Source: Coniocarpon cinnabarinum (taxonomy: Eukaryota). From it: 64,000 nucleotides of DNA. Below, one piece after another: positions 44,792 to 57,468 of this stretch; position 1 is the stretch's first letter, and the number at the start of each line of letters is the position of its first letter. A program made the translations under genes and the position numbers. The notes under the pieces are model-generated. The model saw only the letters and a program-made list of their open reading frames with translations. It was not told where the DNA came from and searched no databases. Where the stretch lies: contig JAVECO010000005.1 in NCBI GenBank assembly GCA_051942205.1, positions 1 to 64,000 of the forward strand. The letters run 5' to 3'.

Positions 44792-44985
44792 GGAGGGTCG
44801 AGCTTTGGCTGGAAATGCATTTGAGATGTCCTTGCGTTTGTCGTCGCCCAGGTTGCACTAGTCTGCGAGCTCTATCTAGCCCGCCTCGGAGATGGAATAC
44901 CATGATACCCAAGTTCGTGATACTAAAAGCCCACCCGAGAGAGATGTGCTCTGAATCCAACAACATCACGCAATAAGGGCTCTTG

Positions 44986-45012
44986 CAGCAGCAGCTGCAG
45001 CAGCAGCAGCAA
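44986..45012. repeat. Imperfect (CAG)n microsatellite between convergent genes
   Basis: CAGCAGCAGCTGCAGCAGCAGCAGCAA. Confidence 0.8.
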
Positions 45013-45174
45013 CACCAACTCAATCGATCACTACGGGCCGTTTCCAAAACTTCCAACAATATGACGCGAAAGAAAATGGATTATTCTATACACGGTATGC
45101 TTCTAATGCAAGAACGAGCGACATGCAATCCACGCAATGCCAAACAGCCATACCCTCATCCCCAAAGTGTCGTC

Positions 45175-46430
45175 TCACTTCCGAATATCCCCCAACTCGA
45201 TATTACCCTTCCTCGGCACACTTCCAGACCGTCCATCCCCCACATTCGTATTTAATCCCAGCGTCCCCTGCGGCGGCGGCGGCGGCGGCGGCGGCGGACC
45301 CGTGCCAGCCCTTCGTCGACGCTCCCGCTCCCCCGCCCCCGTCTGCGCCTCTTGGAAACTCCCAATACTAGTCCCGACGCTCGTACGGGTGCTCGCGCGT
45401 CTTCGTGACCGGCCGGAGAATCGCTCACCCAGACTCCGCGCCCATTCCTCGTCGACGCTCATGGCGTCGGACGCATCTTCCATGCCTAGCCAGTAGTTCT
45501 TGCCGCAGCCCAGCATCATTCGGCCGAGGGCACCGCGCCAGCCGGCGCCCGCGGGTGTGCCTTTTGCGAAGGGGTTGTCGGAGACGTACGCGTGGGCGGT
45601 GTTGTCGTCTTTAGCTGCGGCGTACTCGTTGAAGCCGCCCACCGTTTGTGACTGGATGACGATGTGTTGACGCAGCACGGCGCGGGCGTAGGCGAGGACC
45701 ACGAGAATGGTGTAGACGCGCAACAGCCAGAGTGCTGTGATGGTCCCGAGGGAGGACATGCTTTCCCGTGAGAGCACGGCGGATGTGAGGGCTGCGCCGG
45801 GGGCGGGCATGGAGTCGCTGGCGTGGCTGGGGCCTTGCTTGCCGATGAGGGCGTTCGATGGTTTTGCGCCAGTCGCTGTAGAAGTGGCGACCACGTCGAC
45901 CGCACTGACAGTGTAGGAGGGGTTCGTCCAGCCGGCGGTGTCATCCATCATCTTCCCGCCGGCGCCAGCACTCGCCTTGCGATTCGGACCGCTGGAGCTG
46001 GAGGATGCATCTGACGCGTTCTGCGCAAGAACCAAGAACCAGGTCAACCCGAAGGTAAACGTGTATAGGAGATTAACAGCCGAATCAATGAGGTAGAGCC
46101 ACGCAAGCGCCAGGTTCTGGAAAGGAGAATGCGGACCCTTGCGGATGTGCGGCGCGAGGTGTGCGCCTATGCCCAGAGCGATGAGGGAGTAGATATACAT
46201 GGATAGCTGGACGCCTGAGATTTCATAGCCGGTTGCGATGGCGAGTAAGCCGTAAAGACCGGTTAACTTGTTGATGAGGAACGCGAGGGTGATGAGTTGT
46301 GTGCCTGTGCGCAGGGACATGAGACCGAGGAATTTCTGTCGCGCGTCGTGTCAGTCTTCTGCGTTTCTCTTGAAGGGAGCGATAGGCATACTTTAGGTTT
46401 ATAGACGGGAATGAAGTGTGCTGGCGCCAT
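45175..46430 (-). CDS. KEI1: Inositol phosphorylceramide synthase regulatory subunit Kei1, 2 exons
   Basis: MAPAHFIPVYKPK, then KFLGLMSLRTGTQLI...NKLTGLYGLLAIATG...QLSMYIYSL. (CGG)9 at 45271-45297 encodes poly-Pro. Confidence 0.88.
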
Positions 46431-46930
46431 GGCCGCAAGCTGTTCTTACGATGGCGCCTAGTTGCGACTGCTGGAGGTTTCAGGGCGCAGTGCTGGAAGA
46501 AAACCAGTGCTTGATCGGTAGCCGGCGATATGGAGCATCAAGTGGTGGAAGGATGCGGGAGGCAGGACGTAAGAAGGTGAGCCAGGTGAGACTGAAAGGC
46601 GCAAGTGTCCTCGAGGCCCTCACTCCCGTACGGCGTGTGCTGCGGTCGGACTTCGCGGGAGGAAATTGCATCTTCTGCCAAGTCCCGCCCCGCTGTGATT
46701 GGTTGATGCCCGCAGTGCGTCATTTCGCTTGATGGACCCTCACGACGCGAAAGAGCGTGACGACATGAGCGGCGCTGCTGGCTTATCACTTATCGTAGGG
46801 AGAAGCAGCTGTAATATATAGTCAAGAGTGTCAGTTCATCAGTTGTCTGTAAATATTGCCATCCCTCAATCAATCACAGCTCAACACCACCCGCACATCC
46901 ATCTGCCCACATTACCTATCTACCACCACA

Positions 46931-47233
46931 ATGAGCAGCAATTTCAATATCTCGGGCACCACCTACCCCACCGAAATACCCTCCGATCCCACAAAAGCTC
47001 CGCCGTCATCCACCAGACAAGATCTGCCACCGAATCTCGATCCTCAAATTAAAGCTTACGAGCAGACCGTCGGCAACCCCACCAAAAAGGCTTCGGCCGG
47101 CTCCGTCTCTCAGGGCACAGCATCCGTCGGCAAGGAAGGAGACCATGGTGGCGGTCAAGAAGGCGACAAGGCTGGTGATGAGGACAAAGGACCCCTAGAC
47201 AAGGCAAAAGAGACATTGAGCCCCACGTCGTGA
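46931..47233 (+). CDS. Small hydrophilic hypothetical protein
   Basis: 100-aa ORF with a strong context (CACAATGA), a TATA-like TAATATATA at ~46812 and C-terminal GPLDKAKETL. Confidence 0.6.
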   Translation: MSSNFNISGTTYPTEIPSDPTKAPPSSTRQDLPPNLDPQIKAYEQTVGNPTKKASAGSVSQGTASVGKEGDHGGGQEGDKAGDEDKGPLDKAKETLSPTS

Positions 47234-47845
47234 TGAAAAGCCGGTGGGATCTTGAGAGGAAGCGAACTGACAGGCGAATGTTATCAGTCATAGCTGCGAA
47301 GTGATTTTGTACTTTGGATCTTATCTCTTCGCTGGAATTGTACATCTTGTGAGGCAATCTCAATATGGGTTTAGATGCCAGCAGAACGGGTAACTTTACC
47401 CCTGTTACTAGCATTTCGAATAGCATGTCGATTGTTGAGTTTTTGAATTTTGCTCAGCAAGACACAAAGAGAATCCTCCCACGCGACCAGTATTCAGTGC
47501 GCTCAATGTTCTCCAGATCAGTTTCTTCGATTCCGTAGCGAGATGTGGAAAGGCTCAGATAGAGTATCTTGCTCTTAGAGACTGGTAACACCCATGGTAA
47601 GAAGATCATCAAAAGAGTATTCTGCGTTACTGTACACTATGTCAATCAGTGTGAGAAGGCCATCACCTAAACGATAGCCAGGTGTCTATCATATCATATG
47701 CGCTGTTCACAACGTACGACCTTCACAATCATGCCCATCCCAGAACGCCGTATGCTCAATGTCATGATCGTCCTTTGCTGACACCACGCTGTATCATCTG
47801 AAGAAAAGCTCGTGCGCAAAGCCCAAGTGAACAAGTTGTGTTGGA

Positions 47846-48707
<862 letters not shown>

Positions 48708-49114
48708 CGCCGCTGAGTCGTCTTGGTCCCGCCTGGGATCTCAGACAGACTGGCTTGAATTCAAACGTGCTGCAACGGCGCGTGCGGGCTTTAAATGCTG
48801 CAAGCGGGGATCTGTAACCAAGGATCGAAAGACAAAGAACGGGTCAGTGAGATCTAGAGCCTGGTCGAGATGTGTCTGGTCGATCAAGAAAAGGTGACGA
48901 CTGTTTCTGACTGCGTTCAATGGTCAGATGCCAGTTCTTCATTTGCGATCTCCTATATGCGACGCAGGGGCAAGCAATGGGGCACAGGGCGGAAGTTGCC
49001 GATGGTGCCTGACGCCAAGATTTCGTTCTGCAATTGAATTTTGACAGCCTTTATGAGGTTCTTAGCTTTGGCGCGTTGAAATCTAAGCCGGTAGAAGTTT
49101 AACAAAGCTCAGCC

Positions 49115-50446
49115 ATGACTACTACTATGGCGCCGTCTTCTTACAGCCAGCCTTCCCGCAAAGGCAAGAGGGCGTGGCGCAAGAATGTCGACATCGAGCC
49201 TGTAACTACTGGCCTTGAATCGGCCAGACAAGAATACCGCCAAACAGGCGGGCCGCTGATCAAGGACCTGGCTGAGGACCAATTGTTTCAAACAGACACT
49301 GCAGGCAGTCAAGCCGTCAGACAGCGTGCTGAAAAGAGGCACGGTAAGCTCAAAGCAGATGAGATACTTGAAGCCCGTTCCAAGATCCCTGCCGTTGAGG
49401 CTCGCAAAGTCGCAGACTCGAAAACGACGGACGGTGTACTAAAGAGAAAGAGAGACTCAGGTGTCTCTGCAAAAGATCGAGCGCGGCTATGGCGACTTGC
49501 GAATAGTGGCGGGAACGTCCGGTCCACACTTCAAGACGTGCCAGATTCCGCATCTTTTGATCCATGGGCTGCGCCTGAACCTGCGCCAGCAGAACCTCAT
49601 CACTCATTTTTGGACGATCCTCCATCTCTACGTGAACCAAAGACGCTCCGAGAGAAGCCTATCTCAATGACAGCTTCAGGCAGAAACGTTCCAAGCGTAC
49701 CGAAGCCGAACGCTGGGCGGAGTTACAATCCGAATTTTGATGCTTGGTTGACGCTCAAAGAGCACGAAGAGGCGAAAGCACTGAGTTCAGAACAAATAAG
49801 GCTAAGGCAAGAAGCCGAAGAGCGAGAAAGAGCAGAGCGTGCAGCGATTGCGGCAGCGGACGCAGATCGTGCAGAGCAAGATCGTGCGGTCATGAGTGAG
49901 TATGAGAGCGATTGGGAAGGCTTCCAAAGCGAGCCAGATGAAGCGATGTTGACAGCTAAACGACCCGAACGCAAGACGCCTGCAGAACGCAACAAGGTCA
50001 AAAGGCGAAAAGCTGCTGAAGCATGGGCCCGCCACGAACGAAAGGCAAAAGAGCAAGAGAGACAGGAGCGTCAACTACAAGAGCTGACTAAAGCTGCCGA
50101 AAATGAACGCCGGCACAAATTGCGAGATCAGACGTTTGAAGGCTTCAGCAGCGATGAAGATTTAGATGGTCCAGAAGGTCAAGAACACGTTGAGCTGGCA
50201 AAAAGACCGGCGTTTGGGAACAAGTTCAGGGTTCCCGACCAGGACCTTGAATTGGTGATGCCGGACGAGTTACAAGACTCGCTACGTCGATTGAAGCCAG
50301 AAGGCAACCTGCTCAAAGATCGGTATCGTACAATGATCCTCCAAGGTCGGACAGAAGGAAGAACGCCCATTCCTATGCAGAAAAAGCCACGTCGCAAGGC
50401 CACAGAAAAATGGTCGTACAAGGATTGGTCATTGGAGAATGCCTAG
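49115..50446 (+). CDS. NOP53: Ribosome biogenesis protein Nop53
   Basis: QPSRKGKRAWRKNVD, LFQTD, GRSYNP, DELQDSLRRLKPEGNLLKDRY and EKWSYKDW. Confidence 0.93.
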   Translation: MTTTMAPSSYSQPSRKGKRAWRKNVDIEPVTTGLESARQEYRQTGGPLIKDLAEDQLFQTDTAGSQAVRQRAEKRHGKLKADEILEARSKIPAVEARKVADSKTTDGVLKRKRDSGVSAKDRARLWRLANSGGNVRSTLQDVPDSASFDPWAAPEPAPAEPHHSFLDDPPSLREPKTLREKPISMTASGRNVPSVPKPNAGRSYNPNFDAWLTLKEHEEAKALSSEQIRLRQEAEERERAERAAIAAADADRAEQDRAVMSEYESDWEGFQSEPDEAMLTAKRPERKTPAERNKVKRRKAAEAWARHERKAKEQERQERQLQELTKAAENERRHKLRDQTFEGFSSDEDLDGPEGQEHVELAKRPAFGNKFRVPDQDLELVMPDELQDSLRRLKPEGNLLKDRYRTMILQGRTEGRTPIPMQKKPRRKATEKWSYKDWSLENA

Positions 50447-50657
50447 ACTGTGCAAAGATCTCCGTTCTTTCCAGTAGTCAAGGAAGCACTGCAGGCCTTT
50501 CCACCCTCTTTTGATTCTTTTGTGATTTCGGTGTCATAGCTCTCCCAGTTGGCTCTGTATCACCATGAATGGCGTGCGGGCTAGCTGTCCATGTTGGGAA
50601 CACTGCCGTCTGGAAAACCTCCTTGGTGTTCGCGCGCGTCGACTCTCGCATTCAAGC

Positions 50658-50804
50658 TCATGAAGTTTTGCCTCTTCTCACATCTGCTGCCATGGCGCCC
50701 TGATCTTCCGCGTTGACTTCCAGGTAGTGGTAGGCAATCGTGAGTAGCATGGCCATGGATCCAAGAAAGATGGCGATGCTGTAAAGATCGTTGTCGGATA
50801 TCAT
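50658..50804 (-). CDS. OST4: Oligosaccharyltransferase subunit Ost4 (48 aa), absent from the ORF track
   Basis: Manual translation: MISDNDLYSIAIFLGSMAMLLTIAYHYLEVNAEDQGAMAADVRRGKTS*, the Ost4 MISD...LG...YH pattern. Confidence 0.88.
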   Translation of the reverse strand: MISDNDLYSIAIFLGSMAMLLTIAYHYLEVNAEDQGAMAADVRRGKTS

Positions 50805-51173
50805 CGTGCGTAAGTACGTGCTATTTCAGAAAGCCAATGTGTGGTCAGTCTGACTGCTGTCAACGCGAGTGTGTTACGACTGGTTAAAGCAGATGAGAGG
50901 ATGATCTTGAGCTTCGTTTTCTGGAGATTTGAGGAAGTGACTCCGTTCGTTGAAATGTCAATGAGTGTCGTGGCAGCCACAGTGAATCGCGATAAACTGG
51001 ACTTGTGAGAAGGACCTCTTGAACGTTGACCTTGAGGCTATGCCTGACTTTTCTGGACACCACATCGATCAAGACTCGGCAGGTTCCGAGTCATTAGATC
51101 TGAGAATTATTTTTCTAGCAAGAGTCCAATCGCCAACCCAACAGTTCAGACTTCGTGGGCTCCTTTCGCCGCG

Positions 51174-53722
51174 ATGAGGCCTGCAACATCATCGAAGACT
51201 TTAGCGCAAGCTTTGCGATTTTCGAGGAGTCCCTCAAAATGGTGTCTAGGCTCAACAGTGCAACGCCCCTTGCACACTGCCTCCTTGCGCTTACGAACAC
51301 ATGGCTTAGTACCACTTGCACAGACCTGGCGACCAAGAATACGGTACCAGTCTGGTGTTGCAGCTGCAATGTAATTCTTGGGAGCTCAAACATTGGGTGC
51401 GAAGACTAACGCTCAAACTAGTCAAGAACAAGCCATTGAGAACCCCGAGGAGCTGTCGCAAGACAAGATTGTTCAAAATGTCGACTCAAAGGAGTGGGAT
51501 CGTCTGTCGCGTGTGCGCAACATTGGCATTGCAGTAAGGCAATGACTACCCCGACCTCCCATTCCAGGATGAGATACTGACGAGTAAAGGCGCATATCGA
51601 CAGTGGCAAAACCACCGCGACAGAGCGCGTGCTGTTCTATACCGGCCGAATTAATTCAATACATGAAGTTCGAGGGAAAGACTCGGTCGGCGCGAAGATG
51701 GACTCGATGGATCTCGAGCGTGAAAAGGGCATCACTATTCAATCGGCGGCGACATTTTGTAACTGGGTAAAAAAGGAGCATGGCAAGGAGGAGGACTACC
51801 ATCTTAATTTAATTGATACACCGGGGCATATTGACTTCACTATTGAGGTTGAGAGAGCGCTACGTGTTTTGGATGGCGCAGTCATGATAGTGTGCGCAGT
51901 CTCCGGTGTCCAGTCTCAGACCATCACAGTCGATCGACAAATGCGAAGATACAATGTTCCTCGAATAGTTTTTGTGAACAAGATGGATCGCATGGGAGCT
52001 AATCCGTTCAAAGGCATCGACCAACTCAATCAAAAGCTCAAAATTGCAGCAGCAGCTATGCAAGTGCCTATTGGATATGAGAGCGAATTTAAGGGTGTCG
52101 TGGACCTCATCAGGATGAAGGCGATCTACAATGAGGGCGCACGCGGCGAACACATCGTGGAGAGTGACGACATTCCCGCAGACGTGCTACCCATCGTGCA
52201 ACAGCGACGCAAGAAGCTCATTGAAACTCTAGCCGATGTCGATGATGAAATAGCCGAGCTCTTCTTGGACGAAAAAGAACCTTCTATTGAGCAGATGAAA
52301 GCGGCCGCTCGTCGTGCGACGATATCACTGAAGTTCGCGCCAGTCTTCATTGGCTCTGCCCTCGCCGACAAATCTGTTCAACCAATGCTTGATGGAGTAT
52401 GCGATTACCTGCCCAATCCATCTGAGGTGTCGAACACCGCACTCGATCGGCGACAAGGCGAAAAGCCTGTGAAAATGGTATCATACAACTCTTTGCCGTT
52501 CGTTGGATTGGCATTCAAGCTCGAAGAATCAAACTTCGGTCAACTCACCTACATCCGCGTCTATCAAGGGAAGCTTCGCAAAGCCATGAACATCTTTAAT
52601 GCCAAAACAGACAAGAAAATCAGGGTTCCCCGGATAGTGCGTATGCATTCCAATGAGATGGAGGAAGTGAGTGAAATTGGAGCCGGTGAAATCTGCGCTG
52701 TCTTCGGCGTGGATTGCGCTTCTGGCGATACCTTTACCGACGGTACTCTTGGTTACACCATGACATCCATGTACGTGCCGGAACCGGTCATTTCTCTTTC
52801 AATCAAGCCCAAAAATAACCAGGATGCTGGCAACTTTTCCAAGGCCATCAATCGATTTCAGCGTGAGGATCCTACCTTCCGGGTTCATGTTGATCCTGAG
52901 TCGAAGCAAACCATTATTTCTGGAATGGGCGAGCTTCATCTAGACATCTACGTCGAGCGTATGCGCCGTGAGTACAAGTGTGACTGTGAGGTCGGTCAAC
53001 CACAAGTCGCCTATCGTGAGACCATCACCCAAAAAGTTCCTTTCGATCACACGCTCAAGAAACAAACTGGTGGACCAGGTGACTTTGCACGAGTCGTTGG
53101 CTGGATGGAACCAACGGCTTCGTTCACTGCGCCTGAGGACGCAGACTTGACAGAAATTGTTCCTGGCACTGGCGACAATAAATTCGAACAGCGTGTGGTT
53201 GGAGGCAACATTTCCGAAAAATACCTTCTTGCTTGTGACAAGGGATTTCAACTTTCCTGTGAGAAAGGGCCACTTGTTGGTCACAAGGTTCTCGGGACGA
53301 GTATGTGCATTAATGATGGTGCAACTCACATGACGGACTCGTCGGAAATGGCATTCAAGAATGCGACCCAGCAAGCTTTCCGCAAAGCCTTCTCCGCTGG
53401 TACGCCACTTGTACTGGAGCCGCTGATGAAGACGTCGATTGCAGCGCCAACAGAATTCCAAGGCAATGTTGTTGGTTTGCTCAACAAACGAAACGCTACA
53501 ATCAGCGAAAGCGAAATTGGAGCTGAGGATTTTACGTTGTATGCGGATTGCTCGCTAAACTCTATGTTCGGGTTCAGTACACAGCTCCGCGCCGCAACAC
53601 AAGGCAAGGGTGAGTTTAGCATGGAGTTCAGTCACTACGCTCCTGCACCACCCCAGCTGCAAAAGGAACTAATAGCGTCGTATGCGAAGTATCAAGGTTC
53701 TGGAGCAAGGAATGCAGCCTAG
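51174..53722 (+). CDS. MEF1: Mitochondrial elongation factor G1, 3 exons
   Basis: Arg/Ser-rich presequence (MRPATSSK...RYQS); RNIGIA, then [29 protein letters not shown] and LRAATQGKG. Confidence 0.96.
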
Positions 53723-54281
53723 GCTTTTGGCTGGGTGTGCTGCTTAACAGACATTCTGTAATTTTATCGTGTTTTTTTTTTTTTCCTGCATAGCACTGGC
53801 GCTGAAAAGGAGCTGAAAAGGAGAAACATGTACAGTGTATCATACAATGATTTCGAGGACGCTGATAGACACAGACGATATCCAATCTCACCTCATTAGA
53901 TGCCGGAACATCCTGACCGTTATCCAACGCTCTGCCGGAGTCGGACCGATTTGAAAATTAGCCACTCACATCTTTGAACCTTTCGAGCAGCTAGTTATGT
54001 CTAACTTTCTTAAGCGCTGCTCCTATCTCAAATTCATCATGGAGAGAGGGAGAGGCGGGGACGGCAAAAGCATTCGAAGACACGTGACTCACGCAAAGAA
54101 TCAATGTGTTGCCTGAATACTAAGGTCTCTGGCACATGAATGTTATGGAGTTCTACGACTGAGATCCTCCCATACTTCAATTGCCTTCATTGCGCACCGG
54201 AGTTCTGGTTATAGAGTTCATCATATGAAACTGCGTCTCTACACGATTTGATGCGCAAGGCGCGTTTTGTTATCACTCAAG

Positions 54282-56429
54282 ATGGCGTTGTATCCGTACA
54301 TGGACATCAACCTTCACGCATCCGACACGCACTATGCATTTCTCTCGCCATCAAATCCACACGCGCCGACGCTGCTGGTTGAAAGACCTTCAGGCGACCT
54401 GCGCCTCAGTGAAAGCAAAATCTCGGGCGCAAAACGAATCTCCTCAATCTCAGGCATACTAGGCATAATCAGACTACGATTAGACAAATACATAATAGTA
54501 ATCACTAAGAGCATCCCAGTTGGCAAGCTGCGTGGCTCAGTAATATACAAGATCATCTCAACAGACATTCTGCCTCTTCATGAGCGGCCGCTGCACGATT
54601 CGGACGAAGACACGTACCTTTCTATACTTCGCGGCACGTTGAGGCATTCTCCAATGTATTTCTCATACAATCTCGACCTCACCAATGCATTTCAGCGACA
54701 ATCTAGAGTAGATCCCTCTCAACCACTTTGGCAACGTGCAGATGAGCGCTTTTTCTGGAATCGATTTATATCCTCAGACTTAATAGACATCCGAAACGGC
54801 AAAGATGGCGCAGGAGGCTTTAGATTGGCCTTGGGACCCCAGCCTGGAATTGACCCCTTCATACTTCCAGTCATGTCCGGGACAATGAGCATCGCTAAGA
54901 CGAGCGTCAAGGGCAACCCGGTAACTTTTGCTCTTATGACGCGTAAGAACCGGCATCGAACGGGCACCCGCTTTTTCTCACGAGGCATGGATGAGTATGG
55001 ACACGTGTCCAACTTCAACGAGACGGAGCAGGTGATCGTTCTCAATGATGACGCCAGTGGTCCGACGAGTGGATTCGGATCGACAAATGGCGCTGCGAGT
55101 CCAACATCAGGTGGGCGTGATGTCCAAATCTTCTCCTATATCCAAACGAGAGGTAGTGTCCCTGCTTTCTGGAACGAGTTGAACAATCTAAAATACACAC
55201 CAACGCTTCAAATTCGCGGTGTTGAAAGCGCCGTTCCCGCTGCCAAGCTTCATTTTCATGAGCAAATCGAAACATATGGCGACAATTACATGATCAACCT
55301 CGTGAACCAAAAGGGCCGAGAGAATCGTGTGAAAGAGGCGTATGAGACAGTAGTGCGCTCTCTACTAACATTACAGAATGATGCAGATTCGAAAGCCGCC
55401 AACACTAAGAGCCCTGACACGATCAAAGTGATCGAAGCACCAGCAGTTCAGCAAGAATTTGACAAGCTCCATTACGTGTATTTTGATTTCCATCATGAAA
55501 CAAGCAAGTTCAGATGGCACCGTGCACAGCTTCTCCTTGACGAGCTTGCTGAGCCGTTGCACCGGCAAGCCTACTTTCACGGTATTTACTCAGCATCCTC
55601 AACCCCGGCGGCTTCCACGGCAAAAGCTGCAAACGCGTCAGCTCGTATAGACATCCGGAGCACACAAAAGAGCGTCGTTCGGACCAATTGCATGGACTGC
55701 TTGGATCGTACCAACGTTATTCAATCTATGCTCGGCCGGCAAGCAATCACACGGCAGCTCGTTGATGCTGGCGTCCTGCGGCGTGGCGAGTCACCTTTCG
55801 AAGACCAAGAATTCGAGCACTTGTTCCGCAATGTCTGGGCTGACAACGCCGATACGGTTTCCAAATCATATAGTGGCACTGGTGCATTGAAGACGGACTT
55901 CACCCGCACCGGTCAACGAACTCGACAAGGCGCTCTGCAAGACGGGTACAACAGCGTGACTCGCTATCTCCTGAACAACTTCCGTGATGGCCCTCGCCAA
56001 GATGGCTATGATCTATTTTGTGGGGCTTTTATACCCGACGAATCGGCAAGTCCGGGCTCGCTAGTATTCGTCGACCGCAGGCCACTCGTCGTCCAAGCGA
56101 TCCCTTACATCCTCGCCGCATGCTTGTTCCTCCTCCTTGTCGCCAACATGACCGTGCAATTACCCGATAGCGGCCTTTGGGGCATCCGTTTCGGAATGCT
56201 TATCTCTACTGCTATCGGTGGCTGGTGCATCATGTTCATGGCCGGCCACGGAACGTTGTATATCAACTGGCCAAAACTCAAGACACCCACGTGGGCGCAA
56301 GAAGGATACAATGATGGCATGTCGCGGGCAGAGAGAGACCCAGTCGTTGGCGGGATAGTAGCGCGCGAGCGTGGAAAACACGCAGTCAACCTTGGCGGCA
56401 TGGAAGAGGGCAAAAAGCGCGTAGAATAG
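54282..56429 (+). CDS. SAC1: Phosphoinositide phosphatase Sac1
   Basis: Catalytic RTNCMDCLDRTN, ADERFFWN, QTRGSVP, YSGTGALKTDFTRTG and two C-terminal TM helices. Confidence 0.96.
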   Translation: MALYPYMDINLHASDTHYAFLSPSNPHAPTLLVERPSGDLRLSESKISGAKRISSISGILGIIRLRLDKYIIVITKSIPVGKLRGSVIYKIISTDILPLHERPLHDSDEDTYLSILRGTLRHSPMYFSYNLDLTNAFQRQSRVDPSQPLWQRADERFFWNRFISSDLIDIRNGKDGAGGFRLALGPQPGIDPFILPVMSGTMSIAKTSVKGNPVTFALMTRKNRHRTGTRFFSRGMDEYGHVSNFNETEQVIVLNDDASGPTSGFGSTNGAASPTSGGRDVQIFSYIQTRGSVPAFWNELNNLKYTPTLQIRGVESAVPAAKLHFHEQIETYGDNYMINLVNQKGRENRVKEAYETVVRSLLTLQNDADSKAANTKSPDTIKVIEAPAVQQEFDKLHYVYFDFHHETSKFRWHRAQLLLDELAEPLHRQAYFHGIYSASSTPAASTAKAANASARIDIRSTQKSVVRTNCMDCLDRTNVIQSMLGRQAITRQLVDAGVLRRGESPFEDQEFEHLFRNVWADNADTVSKSYSGTGALKTDFTRTGQRTRQGALQDGYNSVTRYLLNNFRDGPRQDGYDLFCGAFIPDESASPGSLVFVDRRPLVVQAIPYILAACLFLLLVANMTVQLPDSGLWGIRFGMLISTAIGGWCIMFMAGHGTLYINWPKLKTPTWAQEGYNDGMSRAERDPVVGGIVARERGKHAVNLGGMEEGKKRVE

Positions 56430-56504
56430 AGCGTTTCAATGACATTATTGTTACTCACTACAACCTCTTTCTTTGTCCAATCGAAAACACTGACAACTTT
56501 CTAG

Positions 56505-56954
56505 TCAACCCAGCACTTCCTTCACTAGCTTCCTGATCTCTTTACCAAGCATTCGACACTCCTCCGCCTTCACTGCTACGCCCTGCATCCCCTCGACTTC
56601 CCACAGAATATCAGCAACCTGAGCCTTCACCGCCTTCGCTAACTCATCCAATGCCGACTTCTTTGGTCCTAGTCGTGGCATCCACCAGTTTTCTGTGGGT
56701 AATTGCCAGGCCCAAAGCGGCTGATCTTGCTTTCCTCGTGTGTCATTGGCGCGAGCCAGGGCAGCGCCCGCAGCTTGTACGGAGTGAACTTCGTTATTGT
56801 ATGAATTGTGAGCCAGTCTCAGAGTCGTCTGCAGAGATTGCAGCTGGGCCATTGCGGATTGAGGCGTGCTGGTGGGTTGAGGGAGGGGTGGCGCCACTGT
56901 CACAAGATAGGTGGTGGGTGACGAGGATTCCAAAAGCGCATAAGTCGCCGCCAT
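56505..56954 (-). CDS. Hypothetical protein
   Basis: 149-aa ATG ORF, helical composition, preceded by an A/C-rich leader. Confidence 0.5.
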   Translation of the reverse strand: MAATYALLESSSPTTYLVTVAPPLPQPTSTPQSAMAQLQSLQTTLRLAHNSYNNEVHSVQAAGAALARANDTRGKQDQPLWAWQLPTENWWMPRLGPKKSALDELAKAVKAQVADILWEVEGMQGVAVKAEECRMLGKEIRKLVKEVLG

Positions 56955-57468
56955 TGTCGGAGAATGATTGTTGTGGGTGGGTTATGAGAAGGCGGTTGTT
57001 GAAGGTTGGAGAGTCGGCTGTGAAAACTGAAGGGTGTGCATCTTCGAGGTATGTCGACATCTTACACCAAAGCGTGAAGGTGGTAGGTACAGGCAGTCAC
57101 AAGAGGAGGTGGCGATCATGACAAAGGTTTGCTTGAATCTTATAGTGCCTTTGCCTCCGTGGCCGTAGAAGTACTAGTGTAATTTTTCGTATGGCTTTCG
57201 AACGATTTCAATGACTCGACTTGGGGTCTCTCGTGATCTGTCGTGTTGGTGCTAGAAAACTTATAAATATCCCGGGTCCCCTCGCTCAACCCTCTTTCTT
57301 TTCCAACATCTCAACAGACTTGGTTGTTTATTTCCGCACACATCATTTCACTGGCATTGCGGGATGGCCCTGCACTTGCATTGAAAGACCGCACTTCACG
57401 ACCATCGGCCAGCCTTCTGTCAACCAGGGTTCCCTGGACGGAACTTTGCGGACGACAACTCCGAGGGC

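Noticed and set aside
47230..47270. GTGATGA...CTGA box C/D-like pair
   Set aside because: It overlaps the tandem stop codons of the 46931 ORF and is too short for a snoRNA.
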